From positions 3,712,001 to 3,776,000 of the forward strand of contig OZ251459.1 in NCBI GenBank assembly GCA_965242525.1: a DNA stretch of 64,000 bases, read 5' to 3'. The position numbers and the translations under genes were made by a program. Each line of letters opens with the position of its first letter. The first letter of the stretch is position 1. The stretch comes from an uncultured Candidatus Binatia bacterium (lineage in GTDB: Bacteria; Desulfobacterota; Binatia; UBA9968; JAJDTQ01). The notes beneath the pieces were generated by a model. The model was not told the origin of the DNA. It did not search any database and saw only the letters and a list, made by a program, of their open reading frames with translations. Below, in pieces: positions 20,029 to 31,701 of this stretch.

Positions 20029-20157
20029 ATGTCCACCGAAGACCCGCAAGACGACAGCAAGCCCCCGTCGCGTCCGACGCCCTCGAGGCTCGCCCTCGTC
20101 CTTCCGCATGGTTTCCCCGAAGTCCTGAACGCTCCACCGGGACGCATGCGCCCCTAG
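20029..20157 (+). CDS. Putative proline-rich leader peptide (42 aa)
   Basis: AAGGAG upstream of the ATG; 10 Pro in 42 aa; lies in the 5' region of the CNNM/HlyC gene. Confidence 0.4.
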   Translation: MSTEDPQDDSKPPSRPTPSRLALVLPHGFPEVLNAPPGRMRP

Positions 20158-20259
20158 ACCGAACCGAACGTCCGCAGCGAACGCCGCCTCGGGCCCGACC
20201 CGATGCGGGGTCCTTCGGTGTCTTTTTGCGTCCGGGCGTTCCGGACGGGAGAGGTTTCG

Positions 20260-21582
20260 ATGTTTGACAGCATATGGTTGGGCGGAACGGTCATCTTCCT
20301 GTTGATCCTGGCCAACGGTTTCTTCGCCGCGGCGGAGATCGCGGTGATCGCGACCCGCAAGACGCGCATCGACCAGTTGCTCGACCGGGGCGCGCGCTCC
20401 GCCGCGGCCCTGGGCCGGTTGAAGGAGGAGCCCGACCGGTTCCTCGCCACGGTCCAGATCGGCATCACCTTCGTGGGGGTGCTGGCCTCCGCCATCGGCG
20501 GCGCCGGGGCCATCGAGTTCCTGGCGCCGCGCCTCCGGTCGCTGCCGGTGCCCTACGCCGAGGCCTGGGGCTACTACGCGGCCATCCTCATGGTCGTGGT
20601 GCCCATCGCCTACCTGACCCTGGTCCTGGGGGAGCTCGTTCCCAAGTCCCTGGCGCTGCGTTTCTCCGAGCGCATCGCCTTCCTCGTGGCGCTGCCCATC
20701 GACGCCATCTCCCGGAGCACGTCCTTCCTGGTGAAGCTGTTGACCCGTTCCAGCAACGTGGTCCTCCGGCTCTTCGGCGGCAAGGACACGGGCGCCGCCT
20801 TCGTCTCCGAGGAAGACGTGAAGTCGCTCATCCGGGAAGGCACGGCCAAGGGGATCTTCGACGAGACCGAGAAGGAGCTGATCCACAGCGTCTTCGACTT
20901 CGCGGACACCCCCGTGAGGGCGGTGATGATCCCCCGGACCGAGATCCACGCGGTCCACGCGGCCACGGAGGCGGACGACCTGCTCCGGCATTTCGTGGAG
21001 AGCGGCTTCTCCAGGCTGCCGGTGTACGACAACGACATGGACCAGATCCTGGGCATCCTCTACAACAAGGACATCCTGCGGGCCATGCAGGCCAACGAGC
21101 CCATCGAGCTGCGCAAGCTCATGCACCCCGCCTTCTTCGTGCCCAGCTCGCTGCCCATCAGCCAGCTCCTGAAGGACCTGCAACGGCGCCGCATGGCCCT
21201 GGCCATGGTGGTGAACGAGTACGGCGAGGTGGAAGGGCTGGCGACCCTGGAGGACATCATCGAGGAGATCGTCGGCGAGATCCGCGACGAGTACGACGGC
21301 GAGGAACGGGGGCCGGTGGAGCGGCTGCCGGACGGCTCCCTGGTGGTGTCGGGTTCCGCCCTGCTCAAGGACCTCCAGTCGGACTACGGCCTGCCCTTCG
21401 AGGAGTCCCTGGACTACCATACCCTGGCCGGGTTCGTGCTGGCCAAGCTGAAGCGCATCCCCAGGGGCGGCGAGAAGATCGAGTCCGACGGCCACAGGCT
21501 GACCATCGTGGACGTGGAGGGCCGAAGGGTCGTCAAGGTCCGGGTGGAGGAGAACCGGCGCGCCGCGGACGCCGGGCAATAG
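20260..21582 (+). CDS. HlyC/CorC (CNNM/DUF21-CBS-CorC) family divalent cation transporter
   Basis: LANGFFAAAEIA, FLATVQIGIT, GELVPKSLA, CBS pair, TLEDIIEEIVGEI and TLAGFV. Confidence 0.93.
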   Translation: MFDSIWLGGTVIFLLILANGFFAAAEIAVIATRKTRIDQLLDRGARSAAALGRLKEEPDRFLATVQIGITFVGVLASAIGGAGAIEFLAPRLRSLPVPYAEAWGYYAAILMVVVPIAYLTLVLGELVPKSLALRFSERIAFLVALPIDAISRSTSFLVKLLTRSSNVVLRLFGGKDTGAAFVSEEDVKSLIREGTAKGIFDETEKELIHSVFDFADTPVRAVMIPRTEIHAVHAATEADDLLRHFVESGFSRLPVYDNDMDQILGILYNKDILRAMQANEPIELRKLMHPAFFVPSSLPISQLLKDLQRRRMALAMVVNEYGEVEGLATLEDIIEEIVGEIRDEYDGEERGPVERLPDGSLVVSGSALLKDLQSDYGLPFEESLDYHTLAGFVLAKLKRIPRGGEKIESDGHRLTIVDVEGRRVVKVRVEENRRAADAGQ

Positions 21583-21637
21583 GAAGCGGAACGGGAAGTC
21601 GAACGCCGGGCCCCGGCGCGAACCCGGACGAGGCGGC

Positions 21638-22714
21638 TTACGAAGCCCTTTGCGTTGCCTTGCGCCCTTGCAGCAGGGCTTCCGTCTCCCCGAGCAGCGC
21701 CCGGACCTCTCCGGGCCTGCCTACGGTCACCCGGATCATGCTGCGGAGCTCGGGGGTATCGAAGAAGCGCACCAGGACGCCCCTTTCCCTGAGCCCGTCG
21801 TGGAGCCACCGGAGGCTGTCCCGGCCCAGCCGCGCCATCACGAAGTTCGCCTGGGACGGGTGCACCGCGAAGCCGAGTTTGCGAAGCCCGCGGACCAGGG
21901 TCTTGCGGGTCCCTTGGATGCGCCGGACGTTCCGCCTCATCCAGTCCATGTCCTGCAGCGCCGCGGAGGCCGCGGCCAGGCTGATCCGGCAGAGGTTGTA
22001 GGAGTCCTTGACCTTGGCCATGTTCCGCACCACGTCCTCCGAGCCGAAGGCCAGCCCCACACGCATGCCCGCCAACGAGAAGGACTTGGAGAACGTGCGC
22101 AGCACCGCCAGGTTCGGGACCCGCTTCACCAGCGCGATGGCGCTCTCGTCCCCGTCCGCGAAGTCCATGTACGCCTCGTCCACGACCAGGAGGCCGGAAA
22201 CGGAGCGCGCCAAGCGGGCCACCTCGCCCACGGGCGCAAGCGTCCCCGAAGGGGCGTTGGGGTTGCACAGGATGGTGACCTTGCCCGTTTGCGAGAAGAG
22301 GGCGGACGGCAGGGCGAAGTCATCGGGATAGGGGACCTCCAGGCTACTGCCGCCCTGTATGGCCACCAGGGTAGGGTACAGGGAGTAGGTCGGGACCGGG
22401 TAGGCCACGGCGTCGCCCTCCCCCACGTAACAGCGCATGAGTATCGAAAGCAGCTCGTCCGAGCCGTTGCCCGCCACGACGTTCCCGGGCCTTACGCCGT
22501 AGGCCGCTGCCGCGAGACGGCGCAACTCCCGCGCCGCGGGGTCGGGATAGAGGCGCAACGAGGCGAGCTCCCGGCGCACCGCGGCCAGCACCCGAGGCGA
22601 CGGCGGATAGGGGCTCTCGTTGGTGTTGAGCTTGACGACGCCGGCCCCTTCGGGCTGCTCCCCGGGCGTGTAACCCTCCATCTCCTCGATGTTTTTCCTC
22701 GCCAAAGCCCGCAT
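21638..22714 (-). CDS. hisC: Histidinol-phosphate aminotransferase
   Basis: KLNTNESP, GNGSDE, DEAY and RTFSKSFSLAGMRVG motifs. Confidence 0.94.
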   Translation of the reverse strand: MRALARKNIEEMEGYTPGEQPEGAGVVKLNTNESPYPPSPRVLAAVRRELASLRLYPDPAARELRRLAAAAYGVRPGNVVAGNGSDELLSILMRCYVGEGDAVAYPVPTYSLYPTLVAIQGGSSLEVPYPDDFALPSALFSQTGKVTILCNPNAPSGTLAPVGEVARLARSVSGLLVVDEAYMDFADGDESAIALVKRVPNLAVLRTFSKSFSLAGMRVGLAFGSEDVVRNMAKVKDSYNLCRISLAAASAALQDMDWMRRNVRRIQGTRKTLVRGLRKLGFAVHPSQANFVMARLGRDSLRWLHDGLRERGVLVRFFDTPELRSMIRVTVGRPGEVRALLGETEALLQGRKATQRAS

Positions 22715-22799
22715 CCGCCCGATTCTAGCGACCCCGCCCGGCCATTGCAAACCCGGCTTCTCGGCCCGATTCCGCATCTCGTGTCTCCGGTCAGGTAAA

Positions 22800-23044
22800 G
22801 AAACCCCGAACAATCGGGACAGAGGCAAGAGCGCGTCCTTCGACTCCGCTTCGCTACGCTCAGGACGAACGGATGAGGAGGGTCAGGGTGAGGGAATCCA
22901 TCCTGGATGTCCCGATTGTTCAGAGGTTCCTAAAGAAAACTCCGAACAGTTGTCTCCGTTCGTCCTGAGCGTAGCGAAGCGAAGTCGAAGGACAAGCCTT
23001 CCTACAGGCAGAGGGAGTTCGAGCCGGAATAGGTCAGAGGTTCC
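22800..23044. mobile_element. Tandem MITE-A (22800-22930, flanked by TAAA on both sides) and MITE-B-like copy (22935-23044)
   Basis: TIRs and hairpin cores; the right TIR contains the stop codon of the ParA-like gene. Confidence 0.8.
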
Positions 23045-24026
23045 CGATACTGCACCTGTCGGCGATGGATTTGGCGAGGGCCTCGAATTCATCGTAGCAG
23101 TCCTGCACCGCGTAGATGTGGCCGCCCAGGGCGCCGTCCGCGGCCCTGAGGTGGAACGCCGGCTTGCGCGCCTCTTGGGCCATGGGCATGAGGCTGCGGT
23201 AGTGCTTCAGGGTAGCGAGACATGCGGGGTCGGTGTCGGTGGAGGAAACGTTCGCGCCGGTCTCGCCAAGCGCTTCCTCGTGATAGACCCCGGGAATACG
23301 CCGCATCCACTTCCGGTAGGCCTGGGCGGGACGCCCTGCCCGCACCGCCTGCTGCATCACGACGTAGCCCGCGGGCGTGATCTCCCCCGACGGCAGCGAC
23401 AGGTTCGAGTCGCCGGGCAGTCGGTCGAAGCGGTCCTTCCACTCCGTGCGCCAATCCCGGAGGGTCGGGCCGAGGTTTCGGAGACCCTGGAGCGAGAACA
23501 GGTCGGGGGCGAGGGGGAACACGACGAAGTCCGCGGCGATGATCGCCGACCGGTTGACGGCCCCCAGGTTGGGGGCGACGTCGATCAATACCAAGTCGGC
23601 ATCCCGTTCCTCCGCGGCTGCAAGAACCACGTGGTGAAACGCGGACTCGGTCCGAAACGCGGACTCGTCCCCGTCCAGGCAAGCCGACCACGCCGCGGAA
23701 AGCTTCGCCTCGAAACGGGAGAGACCCAGGTCGCCGACTACCACCCCGCATTGCAGTGCGACTTCCTCCACGTGCGGTTTGCCGATGTCACCGATCCCCT
23801 TCAAGAGCGGGGAAAGCGAACCCAGGATGCTCCGGCGTCCATCGCCGTCGGGCCACAGCTCTTCCAGCCGGTCCTCGTCCAGGAACATGACGCTCAGGTT
23901 CGCTTGCGGGTCCAAGTCTGCCGCAACCACGGAAAAGCCGAGTTCGGCATACATCCAGGCCAGGTGATAGACCAAGGTGGTCTTGCCCACGCCGCCCTTG
24001 TCGTTGAAGAACGCGATGGTCTTCAC
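23034..24026 (-). CDS. ParA/MinD-like ATPase (AAA_31)
   Basis: Deviant Walker A KGGVGKTT, DLDPQANL and LIDVAPNLG. Confidence 0.88.
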   Translation of the reverse strand: MKTIAFFNDKGGVGKTTLVYHLAWMYAELGFSVVAADLDPQANLSVMFLDEDRLEELWPDGDGRRSILGSLSPLLKGIGDIGKPHVEEVALQCGVVVGDLGLSRFEAKLSAAWSACLDGDESAFRTESAFHHVVLAAAEERDADLVLIDVAPNLGAVNRSAIIAADFVVFPLAPDLFSLQGLRNLGPTLRDWRTEWKDRFDRLPGDSNLSLPSGEITPAGYVVMQQAVRAGRPAQAYRKWMRRIPGVYHEEALGETGANVSSTDTDPACLATLKHYRSLMPMAQEARKPAFHLRAADGALGGHIYAVQDCYDEFEALAKSIADRCSIGNL

Positions 24027-25207
24027 GGCTTTCTCCGAATGGTCGCGAGCACGTATGACGTCTCGAACGTGAACTCCGCCTGCGGATTGCCATTCCTGCG
24101 CAAGGCTTCCTGCGCGCGCCTCACGCCGCGGCCGAACGCGTTGACGTACCCCAGCGTGGCCATGGCCTCCGCGACCACGGGATTGCGATAGTCCGTCTGT
24201 TCCGGGAAGTTCTCGGGCGAGGCCATTCCGTACAGGCCGCCCGGACTCTGGATTTCGATGCGGTCCTCGTAGCAGTAGAACCGCACGGGCGCGTTGGACT
24301 CGTACGAACGGTGCATGACCGCGTTCAGCAGCAGTTCGCGGATGGCCACCGTCGGATAATCCATGTCCGCCCGCTCCCGGAGAGCGGACTCGGCCACCGG
24401 ATGGACCTGCGTCTGGAGCGGCACGAACGCCTGGATCTCCCGCAGCACCGAGAGCAGGTCGCCGCTGAAGCTCTTTTCACCGACGGGGTCGTCCGCCATA
24501 CTCGCCCCGGCCCATCGGACGAACTGGACCCGGGCGCCGGGAATCCACTGGATAGGCTGCTTGGCGAACAGCAAGGCTCCCGCATTCGTCGGACAGTCCG
24601 CGGCCAGGTCGAAACAGCGAAGAGAAGCCATTTGTTCCCTGACGTCGCGGTCGTTCTCCTCGATCACGTCCCGGCTGACTGCGGCCGGCAGGTAACCCAC
24701 CAGGAACAGCTCCAGGGCCAGGTCGTCGATGGCGCAGCCGTGGCAGGGACTGGAATCGAAAGTCCTTTGCAGGGCGACTCGTCTCTCCACGAGAAGCCGC
24801 TCCTCCTGTTGGTTCGCGGCTCGCCGGGACGGCCCCACACGGATCCAGACACGGCCCTTGTAGCGAACGGGGGGCAGGTCCGACGGCAGGACTTCCACCA
24901 CCGCCACGTCCCCGTCGGGCAACGTGCATTTCTGCACGGTCATGGCCGGAAGCGGTTTCAGGTTGACGTTCGAACGCAGGTCCCCGAGCTTGCGCAGCAG
25001 TCCGTCGGTGACGGTCAAGCCGCTGGCCTGGCCGCGGTCGTCCACTCCTACCAGGAGGTATCCGGGTTGCCGGTGGTTCGGAAAGTCGTTGGCAAAGGCA
25101 CAGACGGCCTGGCCGAACTTGTCCGTGTCGTTCGTGCCCACGGTCATCTCGACCCGGTCGGATTCATGGTCCGCCATCATCGCTTGCAACCGCTCCGTGG
25201 TCAGCAT
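24023..25207 (-). CDS. Schlafen/AlbA_2 domain plus HATPase_c_4 (RecG-C-like) protein
   Basis: ESDRVE, CAFAND, LLVGVDD and RELLLNAVMHRSY...DRIEIQSPGGL...RNP motifs; 4-nt overlap with the ParA-like gene. Confidence 0.85.
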   Translation of the reverse strand: MLTTERLQAMMADHESDRVEMTVGTNDTDKFGQAVCAFANDFPNHRQPGYLLVGVDDRGQASGLTVTDGLLRKLGDLRSNVNLKPLPAMTVQKCTLPDGDVAVVEVLPSDLPPVRYKGRVWIRVGPSRRAANQQEERLLVERRVALQRTFDSSPCHGCAIDDLALELFLVGYLPAAVSRDVIEENDRDVREQMASLRCFDLAADCPTNAGALLFAKQPIQWIPGARVQFVRWAGASMADDPVGEKSFSGDLLSVLREIQAFVPLQTQVHPVAESALRERADMDYPTVAIRELLLNAVMHRSYESNAPVRFYCYEDRIEIQSPGGLYGMASPENFPEQTDYRNPVVAEAMATLGYVNAFGRGVRRAQEALRRNGNPQAEFTFETSYVLATIRRKP

Positions 25208-25358
25208 GGTCTCGTCTTCCGATGACTGCACATCGAATCCCGGTCCAAGGCGAAGTCCTGCCTGGGGGAATCGAAACGACAGGCAGCCTGGCATCCGCGC
25301 CGCCGGGCCGCCAAGAGGACTTGCTCGGGTGCGGCGGCGTCGGCGAGGGAGTTGGACG

Positions 25359-27977
<2,619 letters not shown>

Positions 27978-28225
27978 GACTCCTCCGGCTCCCTCCGCGA
28001 GCGTTCCCCCCGCGAGCCCGCCATGACCGCGGGCAAGGTCTGAAACCGACTTGGCGCGGGGTATCCCGCGTCCGGTGGACCGCCATGACCGCGGGCAGGG
28101 CGGAAACGGTCCCGTTCGTCAGGAAGTTAGCCACGGATCCGCGAAAGTCAACGCGGACTTCCGGCTGCACGGAGTCCGCCCGGACGAAGGTTCCTTGGTT
28201 CGTCCGTCGGTTTTCTGCTATCTAG

Positions 28226-28303
28226 GGAAACCCTGAACGATTACCCCCGTTCGTCCTGAGCGTAGCGAAGCGAAGTCGAAGGACGCGCTTTCCCGCGGGA
28301 GAG
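28226..28303 (+). repeat. Partial MITE-B preceded by CTAG
   Basis: ctag-ggaaaccctgaacgatt followed by the hairpin core. Confidence 0.75.
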
Positions 28304-28341
28304 GTAATCCTGGCGGCCTGTCCGCACCGGGGACCGGAGCC

Positions 28342-29511
28342 GTGTCCGACTTCATCGAACGTAGTCTGGAAGAGATCCGAAGCCGCAACCTCTACCGGCA
28401 GTTGCAGGTGGTGGACGGCGAGCAAGGCCCCACCGTGCGCCTGGACGGGCGGGAGGTGTTGAATCTCTCCTCCAACAACTACCTGGGGTTGGCCGACCAT
28501 CCGGCTCTCAAGGCCGCGGGGAAGGACGCGCTGGACCGCTACGGCTGCGGTTCGGGCGCCTCCCGGCTGATCTCGGGCAACATGGCCCTGCACGAGGAGT
28601 TGGAGCGGCGCATCGCCAGGTTCAAGGGAACCGAGGCGGCGCTGCTGTTCAACAGCGGTTTCCAGGCCAACGCGGGCATCATCGGCGCCCTCGCGGGAAA
28701 GGGCGACGCGGTCTTCAGCGACCGGCTGAACCACGCCAGCATCATCGACGGGTGCCGGCTTTCGCGCGCCTCTGTGTCCATCTATGACCACTGCGACGTG
28801 GACCACATGGAGGACCAATTGAAGCGCGCTCCGGCCGCGGCCCGGAAGCTCGTGGTCACCGAGTCCGTCTTCAGCATGGACGGGGACGTGGCGCCCCTGG
28901 AGGAAATAGTAGAGATGGCCGAGCGCTACGACGCCCGGGTCATGGTGGACGAAGCCCACGCCACCGGGGTCCGTGGTCCCAACGGCGCGGGGGTGGTGGC
29001 GGAGTTGGGCCTCGGGGACAGGGTCCTGGTGCAGATGGGGACCCTGGGGAAGGCATTGGGCGTCTTCGGCGCGTACGCCGCGGGCAGCGCCAGGCTCAGG
29101 GAGTTGCTCATCAACCGCGCGCGCAGCTTCATCTTCACCACATCCCTCCCTCCGGTGGTGCTGGCCATGGCCGCGGCCTCGCTGGACCTGGCGGAGCGGG
29201 AACGGACCCGGCAGTGCGCGTTGCAGCGCAATACCGAGCAGTTGAGGGACGGCTTGCGGAGGCTCGGCTACCAGGTCCGCGGCAGCACCCAGATCATCCC
29301 CGTCATGGTGGGCGAGGAGCGGCGGTGCATGGAACTCGCGCGCGCCCTCCTGGACCGGGGGTTCTACGTGCAGGGCATACGTCCGCCCACCGTCCCGGAG
29401 GGCACGTCGAGACTGCGCGCCACCACCATGGCGACCCACACCCCCGCGCAACTCGACCGGGCCCTCGACGCGTTCGCGCGCGCCAGGGGCATGGGGTCCG
29501 GCGAGGGTTAG
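28342..29511 (+). CDS. bioF: 8-amino-7-oxononanoate synthase
   Basis: SSNNYLGL, GSGASRL, NHASIIDG, DEAHA, TLGKA and IRPPTVP motifs. Confidence 0.95.
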   Translation: MSDFIERSLEEIRSRNLYRQLQVVDGEQGPTVRLDGREVLNLSSNNYLGLADHPALKAAGKDALDRYGCGSGASRLISGNMALHEELERRIARFKGTEAALLFNSGFQANAGIIGALAGKGDAVFSDRLNHASIIDGCRLSRASVSIYDHCDVDHMEDQLKRAPAAARKLVVTESVFSMDGDVAPLEEIVEMAERYDARVMVDEAHATGVRGPNGAGVVAELGLGDRVLVQMGTLGKALGVFGAYAAGSARLRELLINRARSFIFTTSLPPVVLAMAAASLDLAERERTRQCALQRNTEQLRDGLRRLGYQVRGSTQIIPVMVGEERRCMELARALLDRGFYVQGIRPPTVPEGTSRLRATTMATHTPAQLDRALDAFARARGMGSGEG

Positions 29512-29618
29512 ACGGACCGCGGCGAGGCCGGGCGGCGGTGGTCCCGTGCGGCTGCGCCGGCCGACCGAAGGCAACGGAGGGCGCGGGCGGCGCCCCGGGA
29601 ACGGACACGGAACGGACC

Positions 29619-30980
29619 ATGAGCGATACCTACGAGCGCCTCAAGCGCATGGACCACACGCACCTGTGGCACCCCTTCACCCAGATGCAGGAGTGGATGG
29701 GGGAGGCCCCCTGCATCATCGCCGGGGGCGAAGGCAGCTACCTCGTGGACGTGGACGGCGTCCGTTACCTGGACGGGGTCTCCTCGCTCTGGTGCAACCT
29801 GTTCGGCCACCGGCGCCCGGAACTGGACGAGGCGCTCAAGGCCCAGACCGACCGCATCGCGCATTCCACCTTTCTCGGGCTCACGCACGCGCCGGGCATC
29901 GAGCTTGCAGCGAAGTTGACGGCCATCGCGCCCCCGGGCCTTGCGCGGGTGTTCTACTCGGACAGCGGCGCCACCGCGGTGGAGGTGGCCCTCAAGCTCG
30001 CCCTCCAGTACTGGCAACTCCGGGGAGAGACCCGCAAGGACCGGTTCGCCCGCCTGGAGGAGTCCTACCACGGCGACACCGCGGGAGCCATGAGCGTGGG
30101 CTACAGCGAGACCTTCCATCGGTTCCACCGCGCCATGCTGTTCCCGACCCTGACCGTGAAGCCTCCCTATGCGTACCGGAAGGAGCAGGGCCTGGGCGAG
30201 GCGGAGGCGCTGGAGCGGGCCGTGCAGGAAGCGCGCGCCGAGGTGCGCCGGGAAAGGGACCGCCTGGCGGCCTTCATCATGGAGCCGGTCATGCAGGGGG
30301 CGGCCGGCATGTGGCCGCAACCCGCGGGCTACGTGAAGGCGGTCCGGGACGTCTGCAAGGACAACGGCGTCCTGTTCATTGCCGACGAGGTGGCCACGGG
30401 CTTCGGCCATACCGGACGCCTGTTCGCGTGCGAGCACGACGGCGTGAGCCCGGACCTCATGTGCGTGGGCAAGGGCATTACCGGAGGCTACCTGCCGCTG
30501 GCCGCAACCCTTTCCACGGAAGAGGTCTTCTCGGCGTTCCTGGGCGAGTACGCGGAGTTCAAGAGCTTCTTCCACGGCCATACCTACACGGGCAACCCCC
30601 TCGGCTGCGCGGTGGCCCTGGCGGGGCTGGAGATCTTCGAGAAGGACTCGCTGATCGAGAAGCTGGGGACCAAGATCCGCTATCTCGAGGAGAGGCTGGC
30701 GCGGGACGTCCTCGGCCTCGCCCACGTGGGCGAAGTACGGCAGCGCGGGTTCATGGTGGGCATCGAGCTCGCCCGGGACAAGTCCAAGGGCGAACCCTAT
30801 GACCCGGGCGCGAGGATGGCCAACCGGGTGGTGGTCGAGGCGCGCCGACGCGGCGTCATCGTCCGTCCCCTGGGCGACACCCTCATCATGCTGCCGCCCC
30901 TCACCATCGGCGACCACGAGCTTGCGACGCTGGTGGACGTGGTGCGGGACTCCATCGACTGCGTGACGGGGGGTTCGTGA
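29619..30980 (+). CDS. bioA: Adenosylmethionine-8-amino-7-oxononanoate aminotransferase
   Basis: HLWHPFTQM, SSLW, YHGDT, DEVATGFG, KGITGGYLPL and FFHGHTYTGNPL motifs. Confidence 0.95.
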   Translation: MSDTYERLKRMDHTHLWHPFTQMQEWMGEAPCIIAGGEGSYLVDVDGVRYLDGVSSLWCNLFGHRRPELDEALKAQTDRIAHSTFLGLTHAPGIELAAKLTAIAPPGLARVFYSDSGATAVEVALKLALQYWQLRGETRKDRFARLEESYHGDTAGAMSVGYSETFHRFHRAMLFPTLTVKPPYAYRKEQGLGEAEALERAVQEARAEVRRERDRLAAFIMEPVMQGAAGMWPQPAGYVKAVRDVCKDNGVLFIADEVATGFGHTGRLFACEHDGVSPDLMCVGKGITGGYLPLAATLSTEEVFSAFLGEYAEFKSFFHGHTYTGNPLGCAVALAGLEIFEKDSLIEKLGTKIRYLEERLARDVLGLAHVGEVRQRGFMVGIELARDKSKGEPYDPGARMANRVVVEARRRGVIVRPLGDTLIMLPPLTIGDHELATLVDVVRDSIDCVTGGS

Positions 30981-31699
30981 GCCGGGGCTTCTTCATCACC
31001 GGCACGGACACGGGCGTGGGCAAGACCGTGGTGGCGTGCGGCATGGCCGCGGCCTTCCGGGAATCGGGGTTCAAGGTCGGGGTGATGAAGCCGGCGGAGT
31101 CCGGCTGCAGGAACGAGGGGGGGCGGCTGGCGCCCCGGGACGCGGCCTTCCTCAAGGCCGCTTCGGGCAGCCAGGAGCCCATCGACCGGATCTGCCCCTA
31201 CCGCCTGGGGGTCCCCGCGGCCCCGAGCGTCGCCGCGGCCCGGGCCGGGGTCCAGATCCGCCCGGACTTCCTGGTGCGCCTGTGCCGCGACATGGGCGGC
31301 GCGTTCGACCTCATGCTGGTGGAGGGAGCGGGCGGCCTGCTGGTCCCCCTGGTCTCCACCTACACCTACGCAGACCTGGCCCGGGAGTTGGGCCTTGCGG
31401 TGGTGGTGGTGGTGGGCAACCGGCTCGGCGCGGTCAACCATGCCATCCTCACCCTGGAGCACGCGGCCTGCCTCGGCCTGAACGTTTCGGGCTACATCCT
31501 CAACGACGTGGAGAGCGAGAGCACTCCGGCCACCGACACCAACGCGCAGACCATCCGGGAGATGACCCGGACGCCGTGCCTGGGGCGGCTCCCGTTCCTT
31601 CGAGGTCAGACGGACGCCCGGGAGCCGGAGACGCGGCCGGACCTGGGCAGCCTGTTCAAGAGGCACACCGAGTTCCGCCACCTGGAAGAGATCATGTGA
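30977..31699 (+). CDS. bioD: Dethiobiotin synthase
   Basis: FITGTDTGVGKT, MKPAESG, VEGAGG and LGAVNH motifs. Confidence 0.95.
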   Translation: MSRGFFITGTDTGVGKTVVACGMAAAFRESGFKVGVMKPAESGCRNEGGRLAPRDAAFLKAASGSQEPIDRICPYRLGVPAAPSVAAARAGVQIRPDFLVRLCRDMGGAFDLMLVEGAGGLLVPLVSTYTYADLARELGLAVVVVVGNRLGAVNHAILTLEHAACLGLNVSGYILNDVESESTPATDTNAQTIREMTRTPCLGRLPFLRGQTDAREPETRPDLGSLFKRHTEFRHLEEIM

Positions 31700-31701
31700 G
31701 A

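Noticed and set aside
28100-28160. CIRCE or HAIR operator upstream of clpB
   Set aside because: ttagccacg...aagtcaac does not match either inverted-repeat consensus
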